64,000 nt of DNA from Candidatus Hydrogenedentota bacterium (GTDB lineage Bacteria; Hydrogenedentota; Hydrogenedentia; Hydrogenedentales; JAEUWI01), in the NCBI GenBank assembly GCA_019637335.1, contig JAHBVV010000004.1, positions 80,471 through 144,470 of the forward strand. Direction: 5' to 3'. Position 1 is the stretch's first letter, and every line of letters starts with the position of its first letter. Below, piece by piece: positions 19,753-28,700 of this stretch. The notes below the pieces were generated by a model. That model saw only the letters and a list, made by a program, of their open reading frames with translations. It did no database searches and had not been told where the DNA came from. Position numbers and translations under genes: made by a program.

Positions 19753-20586
19753 ATGACGCGCATGTTTGGAGCAATTGGACGCTGGTTTCGCGCGGTGGGC
19801 TATTTTTTGTCGGGCAATATCGACGCGTCGCGGCGTAATCTGGACACCAACCCCCATGTGATGCAGGCCCGCTACGACGACGTGGTGCGCGACAAGACCG
19901 CGCGCTTCCACCAGTACAAGCAGGCGGTCGCGGGCCTGATCGCGCAGCAGGAGGGCAAGATCCAGACCGCCAAGACGCTGACCGAAGAAATCCGCCGCCT
20001 CGATCAGCTTAAGGCGGGGGCCCTGGCGAAGGCGCGCAAAAAAGTGGAGGAGCTGAAGGCCCAGGGCGTCGCGCAGGAACAAATCAAGCTCAACGACGAG
20101 TATATGAAATGCCTCGCGGCCTACAACGACTTTACGTCCACGCTCGACGAGAAGAACAGGCACGTCGAGGATCTCGAAAAGGATATCGACGACTACGGCG
20201 CGCGCATCAAGGAGCACAAGCTCCAGATGCAGGGGCTCATGCGCGAAATCGAGAAGATTAAATCCGAATCGAAGGACGCCGTGGCCGATGTGATTTCCGC
20301 GCGCGAGGAAAAGGAGATCGCGGACGCCCTGGCCGGCCTCTCGCAGGATGGCAGCGACGCCGACCTTCAGGAACTGCGCAAGCTCCGCACCGAGGTCAAG
20401 GCGGAGGCCCGCATCTCCAAGGAACTGAGCGGAACCAACACGCGCGTGCTGGAGGAAGAGTTCCTGGCCTACGCGATGCAGTCGGAAAAGAGCGACGAGT
20501 TCGACGCCCTCATCGGGCTTGCGGGCGAGGCGGAACAGGCCGCCAGCGCGCCGGAGAAGGACGAGGCCGAGCGCCTGCCGGAATAA
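19753..20586 (+). CDS. PspA/IM30 (Vipp1) family protein, ESCRT-III superfamily
   Basis: Long coiled-coil protein. N-terminal MFGAIGRWFRAVGYFLSGNIDASRRNLDTNPHVMQARYDDVVRD matches the PspA N-terminus. Confidence 0.8.
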   Translation: MTRMFGAIGRWFRAVGYFLSGNIDASRRNLDTNPHVMQARYDDVVRDKTARFHQYKQAVAGLIAQQEGKIQTAKTLTEEIRRLDQLKAGALAKARKKVEELKAQGVAQEQIKLNDEYMKCLAAYNDFTSTLDEKNRHVEDLEKDIDDYGARIKEHKLQMQGLMREIEKIKSESKDAVADVISAREEKEIADALAGLSQDGSDADLQELRKLRTEVKAEARISKELSGTNTRVLEEEFLAYAMQSEKSDEFDALIGLAGEAEQAASAPEKDEAERLPE

Positions 20587-20607
20587 GGACCGCGAGGGGA
20601 GCTGACC

Positions 20608-22416
20608 ATGGACTCACCCGCCTACGGGTTCCTCCGCGAGGCCGGCCGGATAATCAATGCCGGCCAGTCGCGTTCCATCGCCCTGACGGGCAACATCTAC
20701 GACCTCTTTTGCCTTTCCGGCGACAGCCGCGGCGCCTATGTCCCCCTGATCGATTTCCTGATTGGCCACTGGTCCATCCCAAGCCACATCCTCCTCGTGT
20801 ATGAGGTGAATGGGCCAATCCGCTTCGTCCGCGAGGGCGATCAGGCCCGGCTCCGGGACGCCTGGCTTCAGTGGCGCACGGGGAAAACCGCCGACGACCT
20901 GGCGATCCAGCGCATGCTCGACCGGAGCCCCCCGATGGCGGCGGGCGAACGGGACTTCGATGTCCAGCTCCAGCAGGCGATCGGCCAGCCGTCCGTCGCG
21001 CTGGAACTGCTTCGCCAGCTTTGCCTCTGCTCGCGCAGCGAACTGAACGGCCAGCCGCTGCTCCGGCAGAACCTCATTGTGCTTATTGAAGGCGCGGACC
21101 TCATCCTGCCGGAAGGCGAAATCGCGCACCTCTCCGATCGCGATCGGCACCGCCTCAATATCTGCTATGACTGGTTCTCCGACCCCGGCTTCGTCAATGG
21201 CGGGGACGCCGCCGTGTTGATCGCCGAATCCCGCAGCCTCCTCAACCAGCGCATAGCGCGCCTCCCGCACCTCCTGGAGGTCACTGTTCCCGCTCCGGAT
21301 GAGGCCTGCCGGCTGCATTTTATCAATTGGTTTCGGAGCCAGCCCGCCACCGGCGGGCCCCTCGATCTCTGGAGTAGCCCCGAGGACCTGGCGACGGCTT
21401 CCGCCGGCCTCTCCACCCAGGCGCTGATGCAGCTCCTCAAGGGCGCCGCGCACCAGGCGGCCCCGCTCACCCGCGACGCCGTTATCGAGAAAGTCGGCGC
21501 CTACATCGAGATGCAGCTCGGCGAGGACATGGTGGAATTCAAGCGCCCGAGCCACACCCTGGACGACGTGGTGGGCTTTCGCAACCTCAAACGCTTCCTG
21601 CGCGACGAGCTCATGCCGCGCATCGCCGCCGGCGGGGACGACGCCCTGCCCGGCGCGGCGGTGGGCGGCGCCATCGGCAGCGGAAAGACCTTCATCTTCG
21701 AGGCCGTCGCGGCGGAACTCGACATGGTCGTCCTCGTGTTGAAGAACATCCGCAGCCAGTGGTACGGCCAGACCGATGTGCTCTTCGAACGCCTCCGGCG
21801 CGTGCTGGAGGCGCTCTCGAAGGTCCTGATCTTCGTGGACGAGGCCGACACCCAGTTCGGCGGCGTGGGGCCCGAGGAACATTCCACCGAGCGCCGCCTC
21901 ACGGGCAAGATCCAGGCCATGATGTCCGACACGCGCCTGCGCGGCCGCGTTACCTGGCTCCTCATGACCGCGCGCATTCATCTGCTCTCCCCCGACATCC
22001 GCCGGCCCGGGCGCGTCGGCGATCTGATCATCCCCGTCCTCGACCCCGACGGCGCGGACCGCGACGACTTCATCCGCTGGATGGTCCGGCCCGTCCTCGG
22101 GGAGGATTTGGATGAGAAGACCCTGGGCGCCTTGAAACTGGTCACCGCCGACTATTCCGCAGCCAGTTTCGCGGCGATCCGCGCGGAATTGAAGGCCCGC
22201 CACCGCCTCGGACCGCCCCTCACCCTTGACGGGGTGCTCGATGCCATCCACGACCAGCTCGCCCCGCCCATCGAGGAGACCCGCCGCTACCAGACCCTCC
22301 AGGCCCTCGTGAATTGCACCCGCCGCAGCCTGCTGCCGGATCCCGATGCCACCGCGGAAGATCGCGAGGCCTGGACGCGCGAGATCGCCGCACTCGAAGC
22401 GCGGGGGATACGGTAG
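20608..22416 (+). CDS. classic-clade AAA ATPase with large N-terminal domain
   Basis: LDDVVGFRNLKRF, Walker A GGAIGSGKTF, Walker B VLIFVDEAD, sensor-1 LLMTAR. Second region of homology DIRRPGRVGDLIIPVLDPD (compare RPGRFDRxIxVPLPD). 21 bp downstream of the pspA-like gene. Confidence 0.85.
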   Translation: MDSPAYGFLREAGRIINAGQSRSIALTGNIYDLFCLSGDSRGAYVPLIDFLIGHWSIPSHILLVYEVNGPIRFVREGDQARLRDAWLQWRTGKTADDLAIQRMLDRSPPMAAGERDFDVQLQQAIGQPSVALELLRQLCLCSRSELNGQPLLRQNLIVLIEGADLILPEGEIAHLSDRDRHRLNICYDWFSDPGFVNGGDAAVLIAESRSLLNQRIARLPHLLEVTVPAPDEACRLHFINWFRSQPATGGPLDLWSSPEDLATASAGLSTQALMQLLKGAAHQAAPLTRDAVIEKVGAYIEMQLGEDMVEFKRPSHTLDDVVGFRNLKRFLRDELMPRIAAGGDDALPGAAVGGAIGSGKTFIFEAVAAELDMVVLVLKNIRSQWYGQTDVLFERLRRVLEALSKVLIFVDEADTQFGGVGPEEHSTERRLTGKIQAMMSDTRLRGRVTWLLMTARIHLLSPDIRRPGRVGDLIIPVLDPDGADRDDFIRWMVRPVLGEDLDEKTLGALKLVTADYSAASFAAIRAELKARHRLGPPLTLDGVLDAIHDQLAPPIEETRRYQTLQALVNCTRRSLLPDPDATAEDREAWTREIAALEARGIR

Positions 22417-22619
22417 GGAATTAATCGATATAATGAGGCGGTGGCCCCGCGTGGCTCGACAAATCAGGATCATCCGGTTTGAAGGTACATCGGCAACGAT
22501 GACGACAGATATGAGTCGATTGCCCGGTTCTCATTTCCGGGCGGCGATCCTATGAGCGAATAGTAAGGTTCCCTGGAGCTTGTCTGTAGCGCAGACGGTA
22601 TACTCGGCAGCAGAACTGG

Positions 22620-22870
22620 ATGCCAACGCATTCTTTCGGCCCGAAGGGCCAACGCAGTTTTCAGCCCCGGGCAACGCCCGGGGTTTGAGCGGCGGGTTTG
22701 TTGTACGCCCTGAAAGGGCAGCACAGTTGAACTTCAGAAACGCTGGACTGGATCACCACTGCGCTGCCCTTTCAGGGCGGGGAAGGTGGTGTCCCCGTGC
22801 TCCCTGGGCGTTGCCCAGGGCTGGGAGCTGCACTGGCCCTTCGGGCCGAAAGACCAGTCGATACGATTTC
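22620..22870. repeat. ~250-bp imperfect palindrome: two ~100-bp inverted arms, each holding three small hairpins
   Basis: Arm A is ggcccgaagggcc...ccccgggcaacgcccgggg...gccctgaaagggcagcacagt. Arm B is its inverted complement at ~85% identity. Spacer is tgaacttcagaaacgctggactggatcacc. Confidence 0.6.
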
Positions 22871-23054
22871 ACCAACTGAGGCTCCAACCGGCATACATTG
22901 GCGGTTCCGGAAAATTCGGGCACGAAGAAACGCCTGTGAATAATCCCGTACGCTCAAACTGGATGCGCCATAGATTGTCGGTAGCGACGTCGCGTTGCAC
23001 GCGCCATAGAGGCCGCCGGAAAATCCATTGGCAGCGGAATATAAGGAAGCCGAA

Positions 23055-23258
23055 ATGAAACTGAAAGTTATCGTTCACGAAGCGGAGGAAGGCGGATTCT
23101 GGGCCGAAGTGCCCGCCATCCCCGGTTGCGCGACCCAGGGCGACACCCTGGACGAACTGATGGAAAACCTTCACGAGGCGATCGAAGGGTGTCTGTCCGT
23201 GGACCTTCAGGACATCGAAATGGCCACCACGGATAGAGTACTGGAGCTTACCGTTTGA
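23055..23258 (+). CDS. hicB: HicB-family antitoxin
   Basis: MKLKVIVHEAEEGGFWAEVPAIPGCATQGDTLDELMENLHEAIEGCL: UPF0150/HicB signature. Confidence 0.75.
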   Translation: MKLKVIVHEAEEGGFWAEVPAIPGCATQGDTLDELMENLHEAIEGCLSVDLQDIEMATTDRVLELTV

Positions 23259-23461
23259 AGCCCGTAAGCGGAAGGCAAGTGTGCCGGCTGCTGGAAGAGA
23301 GGGGATGGGTGCTCAAGCGAATCAACGGAAGTCACCATGTCTATGCGAAAGCAGGTGAGGTGGCCCGTATTTCCGTTCCGGTGCATGGCGGGAAGGCGCT
23401 GAAGTTGGGGCTGCAACGGCACATCATGAGAGTTGCCGCGATCGGCGAAGGCGATCTGTAG
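23255..23461 (+). CDS. hicA: HicA-family toxin (mRNA interferase)
   Basis: LEERGWVLKRINGSHHVYAKAGEVARISVPVHGGKALKLGLQRHIMRVA. 4-bp overlap with hicB. Confidence 0.75.
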   Translation: MKPVSGRQVCRLLEERGWVLKRINGSHHVYAKAGEVARISVPVHGGKALKLGLQRHIMRVAAIGEGDL

Positions 23462-23550
23462 CGGCGCCAGTTGGCGCATTTTTCGAATTTCGGCGTCGCC
23501 CCGCGGGATGCGAACGTCCCTTCGCGCCAGTCCTCACACCGGCTGTAAAG

Positions 23551-25569
23551 TCAATCCCAGTCTTCGTCAGGAGACAGCGCAAGACGGACTGAATCTCCGC
23601 CCGAAAACTCACTGGCCCACGCATCAACGCCCCGCACCGCACCCGCCACGAAAACCCCATGCTGTTCGCCCAGCGCAATGAAGTCCGCCTCGGTCCAGTC
23701 GGGCCGCCGCAACAGCGCGTAGAGCGCGTCGCGGTAGGGGTCCGGTTCCGCGTCGCGCGTAATCTCGGGGGCCGCCGGCGGCTTGCGCGCATACCAGATC
23801 CCGCGCGCGTTGTCCTTCGCGCCCGTCTTCTCCAGGGCCTGCATGGCGATGCCGAGCCGAGCCGCGAAGTCACGCGTCTCGCGCATTAACCCCGCCAGAA
23901 CCTCCTCCCGCACCGCGCGCGCGCCATCGGGGCCCGGATCGCCTTCGAGCTTCTCCAGCAGGGCGTCCAGGGCTGTCACCGGGATGCGGAAGGCCCGGTA
24001 CGCGCGGCGCAGCGCGAGGCGCTCTTCGTCGCGGATGCGGAAATTGGCCCCGGCAACCCCCACGAGGAATTTTCCGACTTCCGCGAGCTCGTCCTCCGAT
24101 AGGATCGCGCGCACGCGCCGCGTGAGGCTCGCCAGCTTCGGCGGATACTTCAGCAGCCGCTTCCGGAGCACGCCGAGCCGGTGCTTGTCGAAATCGTTGA
24201 AGTGATACAGCGAATTCACGATTTCCGAGACGTGCAGCACCTCAATGTGGTCCACTTCGCCGTCGGCCTCGGCCATGGCGGCGCCCAGCGCGAGCAGCAG
24301 CGCGCCCGCCAGGTACCAGGGCTCCCCCTCCGCGCAGGGCTGCTCGGGCAAACGCACCAGCGCCACACGCTCGCCGCCCTTCCACGGGCGCAGGAGCAGC
24401 CGCGGATTCGGCAGCGCCTCGAATCCCGCCGCGCCGGCCGCCGACACGATGCGCTCGCACACCGGAAGCGGCATTGGACCCTTGCCGGGTGTCGCCTGGC
24501 CCGCGAGCGCCGCCAGCTTCCGAACGGGAACCAGAATCCGCCCATCGCGGCTCAGATGCGCGTCCACCAGCGCGGTCCACGGCGAATCCGCCGCCTCGCC
24601 CGCGCACGCGCGCCAGATCGCCACGAGCGGCTCAAACTGCGCCTGCTCCGCCGCCACATCGGTCGACGTCACCGACCAGAGCTTGCTGAAATGCTCCCAG
24701 CTTTGCAGCGCCGGATTCACGGGGCGGTATTTCCACGTGTGGTTCTTTTCCGCGCGCTGGAGGCGCATCCCGGCGCCGAATTCCTCGGTGTAGGCCGCGG
24801 TAAAGCACGCCTCGAAGGCCTCGCGGTTCGCCCGGAACGCCTCGACATGCGGGCAGCGCAGGTCCTGCCGCGCGATCTCGAAGGCCAGCGGCGCGGGCAG
24901 CGGCTTCTTCCGCGCGTAGAGCCACGTGAGCGCCACGGAAATCGAATCGTTGTGCAGCGGGACCGCGCGCTTCACGAACAGGCGGTCAAACCACGCCGGC
25001 TTCAGCTTTTCGATGCCCTTCGTGGCGAAAAGGAAGGCCGCCAGCCGCGACGCGCAGCTGAAAAAGGACGCGTTTCCGTCGTAGTGCTTCAAGAGGCCCA
25101 TTAGCGCCCGGAGGATATCCTCGGGCTCGCCGCGATCAATGAGCGCATGGCGCTCCAGGCCGTAGAAGTACAAAAACGCGTAGTTGATGTCGCGCAGCGG
25201 CCCCCGGCGGCCGGAAGCGAGCCACTTCAGGTAGTTCGCGCGCTGCACGGGGGTCAGGTTCGCGTAGGTCGCCCAGTGCGGAAGCGCCGGCGCCCCGTCA
25301 AAATCCGGTTCGCCCACTGGAAGCGCTGTATCGATGCACGACGCCTCCTGTTCCACCGGCGCGCCATCGGATGAGTACAGCATCGGCCGCGCGATGGCAT
25401 ACCCCACGTGCGAGAAGTCCTCCTCCCGCCCATGCCACGCCAGCGCCTCACCGCCGCCGGGCGCCGAAGTCTCCTCCACCAGCGCCCACGGCACCGTCCA
25501 CCGCTCGTCCACATCATGGAGCGAAGGGGTGTGGGTTGGGGCCGGTTCTGGCGTTGGGGGCTCGGACAC
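23551..25569 (-). CDS. TerB-domain protein (putative TerB-N / TerB / TerB-C architecture), 672 aa
   Basis: Central segment AMAEADGEVDHIEVLHVSEIVNSLYHF resembles the TerB metal-binding helix. The conserved N-terminal block is ALPHWATYANLTPVQRANYLKWLASGRRGP...YAFLYFYGLERHALID. Domain assignment is from memory, not a search. Confidence 0.5.
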   Translation of the reverse strand: MSEPPTPEPAPTHTPSLHDVDERWTVPWALVEETSAPGGGEALAWHGREEDFSHVGYAIARPMLYSSDGAPVEQEASCIDTALPVGEPDFDGAPALPHWATYANLTPVQRANYLKWLASGRRGPLRDINYAFLYFYGLERHALIDRGEPEDILRALMGLLKHYDGNASFFSCASRLAAFLFATKGIEKLKPAWFDRLFVKRAVPLHNDSISVALTWLYARKKPLPAPLAFEIARQDLRCPHVEAFRANREAFEACFTAAYTEEFGAGMRLQRAEKNHTWKYRPVNPALQSWEHFSKLWSVTSTDVAAEQAQFEPLVAIWRACAGEAADSPWTALVDAHLSRDGRILVPVRKLAALAGQATPGKGPMPLPVCERIVSAAGAAGFEALPNPRLLLRPWKGGERVALVRLPEQPCAEGEPWYLAGALLLALGAAMAEADGEVDHIEVLHVSEIVNSLYHFNDFDKHRLGVLRKRLLKYPPKLASLTRRVRAILSEDELAEVGKFLVGVAGANFRIRDEERLALRRAYRAFRIPVTALDALLEKLEGDPGPDGARAVREEVLAGLMRETRDFAARLGIAMQALEKTGAKDNARGIWYARKPPAAPEITRDAEPDPYRDALYALLRRPDWTEADFIALGEQHGVFVAGAVRGVDAWASEFSGGDSVRLALSPDEDWD

Positions 25570-25770
25570 TCAATTCCCTTTCAAAGGGCCAAAAGGACGT
25601 AAAGGACCGAAGGGACCGAAGGGACCTGAAAACACCCTCTATTTGGGCCGTATTGCGTGGGCCCCCGGCAAAATGCCGCGCCCGTTCACCGGCCCTCAAT
25701 GATTCACTTCATCCAGGTCCCTTACGTCCCTTTAGTCCCTTAGGTCCCTGTCCTTTTTCAACTGCAACTG

Positions 25771-28700
25771 TCATTTGTCCTGGAGCTCATCCAACAACAC
25801 CTGATACCGCTCCAGGTTCTCGTCCATCAACGCCTTCAATCGCTTCATCTCCTCCGTCTGCTCGCGCGTCTCCTTGAAGATGGGCGCGAGCCAGCCCTGC
25901 ATCAGCTTGAACTGCTCGCTCATCACCCCGACGAGCGCGGCGGGCACTTTCGACACGACGTTCACGGTCGTCGGAACGGGCTCGTGCACGGGCGCGGCTT
26001 CCGTTGCCTCACGGGAGGCCGCCATCTGCGCCGCGCCGGATTTCATGGCGGCGGCGATAGATTCGAGGCCGTCGTTAATGCTGCCCAGCTGCACCAGCAC
26101 CTGGCCCACCGCCTGATCGTCGCCAAGCCCCTTCAGTTTCAGGTTCTTCGTGAAGGTCTTCTTGATGCTGGCCCAGCGCTCCGCCTCGGACTCGCTCAGC
26201 TGGCCCGTCAGCTCCTTGAACTTGAGCATGTTCGCCTCGGCTCCGCTCGTGAGCGTCTGTGAATCGCCCTCGTAGCTGCTGTTGATCAGCGTGCGCAGTT
26301 CGGCGTCGTTCAACAGATCCAGCACGCGCTCGGCGATGCGGTTCATGTTGCGGTAGGAACCCTGGAGCTTGAACGCGGGCTCCGTGCGGTAGTCCTCGTG
26401 GATGCCGGCGGACCGGATGTACTCCTTGTTCACCGTCAGCACGGTGTCCCGCACGAAGAGCAACTTCTTCATCACGTTCACCATGCTGTTGACTTCGTCC
26501 AGCGAGAAGCTGCCCTTCAGGTCGATGCCCTCGCGGCTGCCCGTCTGCGCCATGCGGATAATCGCGTAGACGTCGTCCTGGCTGCGCGCCGCGAGCTGGT
26601 TCAGCACCGGGTTCGAGGTCAGGCAGTTCTCCAGGTAACTCGTCTCGAAGTCGTCGGCGCTGTCGCCGATGATCTCGCCGAGGTTATACGTGTCGGCGCG
26701 GTTGGCCAGCATGTCGGGAATCTGAAACTTCTCGCCGCTTTCCGTGTAGGGGTTGCCCGCCATGACCACGGCCACTTTTTTGCCGCGCAGGTCGTAGGTG
26801 CGCGTCCGGCCCTTGTGCACGCCCTCGATCTTCCGCTGCGCGTCGCACAGGGAGATGAACTTCTGGAGGAACTCCGGATTACAGTGCTGGATGTCATCCA
26901 CATACAGCATCACGTTATCGCCCATTTCCAGCGCGAGGTTCAGCTTCGCCAGCTCCTCGCGCGCGGCGGCGTTCGTCGCTTCGGAGGGGTCGAGCGAGGT
27001 AACCTGGTGCCCGAGCGCGGGGCCGTTGATCTTCATGAAGATCAGGCCGAGACGGTTCGCGATGTATTCCATCAGCGTCGTCTTGCCGTAGCCCGGGGGC
27101 GAGATCAGCAGCAGCATGCCCGACCGGTCCGTGCGCTTCTGGTCGCCCGCCGCGCCGATCTGCTTGGCCAGGTTGTCGCCGATCAGCGGCAGGTAGACGT
27201 TGTCGATCAGCCGGTTCCGCACGAAGGACGTCAGGACGCGCGGCTTGAACTCGTCCAGCCGCAACGCGACGGCCTCGTCCTCCACGAGCTGCTTCTTCCG
27301 CGCGACATAGGCCTCGTAGCGCGGCACGGTCTCCTGCCGGTAGGCCGCCAGGCGGGCCATGAACGTATTGTAATTCAGCAGGTACTTCCCGCCCTCCAGG
27401 AGCGCGTGGCTGCCCGCCAGGCCCGACAGCTCCGCTGTCGAAGTGGCGTGGATGATGCGGCTGATGTCGTGGTCGCCCGTCAGGATCAACGCGGCGGTTT
27501 CATCGACATAATCCCGCTCCACCGCCACGCCCCGGCTCCGGACAAAGGCGCCCGCCCAGTCGCGGCAGAGGAGGAAGGCGCTGTTCGGGTTGGGCCGCGC
27601 CTCGTTCAGGGAGGCCTCGAAGCGCGCCGCAAAGTCGTTCTTTTTCAGGTGCATCAGGAAATCCTGATACAGCCGGTCCGCGTTTTCGCTGATGGCCGCG
27701 CCGCCGCCGCGCACCAGGATCTCGAACAGGTACCGCGCCGCCTCGCCCGCCCAGATCGGGTCGAAGGCCTCGGTTTCCGCCAGGTACGCATCAATCAGCC
27801 CGTGGAGTTCGGCCGTGTAATGGCGCTGCGCCTCCGCGTCGCCGAACAGTTCGCGGATGACGCCGAAGCCCTTCAAGGTGCTTGCTATTCGCGCTTTCGT
27901 CTCCTCTTCCCGGAACTGATGCCAGAACACCGACGCCAGCGCGCGGGCGATCGGGTGGAACGCGAGCAGCCCGATTGACGCCTCCATATCGAGCAGCGCG
28001 CGAAGGATCAGCGCCGCGTCGTGATCGTGCACGCCCTTTACATAGCCCTCGGAATACCGCGATCCCATGTATTTCTGGATGAAGGCCTGCAACGCCTCCG
28101 GGGACATCGCCCGGAGCTCCTCCAGCTCCATCCCGCCCGGCGCACGGGTCTCCTCCAGGATTAAGTAGGCCAGGTACTCGGCCCGGTATACCGAATCGTT
28201 CTCCGACATCACCTCCTGGGACCACAGATCGCGCGTGGCCAGGAACGCTTCGTCCCGGATCGGGTCGAAGTAGTTCGTTCCGGCCAGGTGGAAATACATC
28301 TCCCCATCGCGCATGACCGTGGTCAGCGCGAGGTCAAACGTATTGACCGTGAATTTGTGCGCGCCGAAGCGGATGACGTTCTCGCCCTCGGTGAACAGGT
28401 CCAGCCGGTCCTTGAGCTGGCGGACCGCGTCCTCGCCGATGGTCTTCAGCCGGCTTTGGACGTCATCCAGCTTGACGGTGTCTCCCAGATCCCGCAGCTC
28501 GTCGATGATGCCGCGCACCTTCTCGATCATGAGATCGGAGGCAAAGTACGCGTGTATCTCCTCGACTGCCTTGAAGGTCGCCACGCGGCTCTTGATACCG
28601 TTCAGGATACGGTCCGCCGCCTGCATGAGGGCCGTCGCGCGCTTGTTCTGGCGCTCCTGGAGCTGGATCTTCCGCGATTCAAACGCGTTGTACGCCTCCT

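Noticed and set aside
20614-22473. 619-aa - strand ORF
   Set aside because: It is antisense to the AAA ATPase gene, which has clear Walker motifs.
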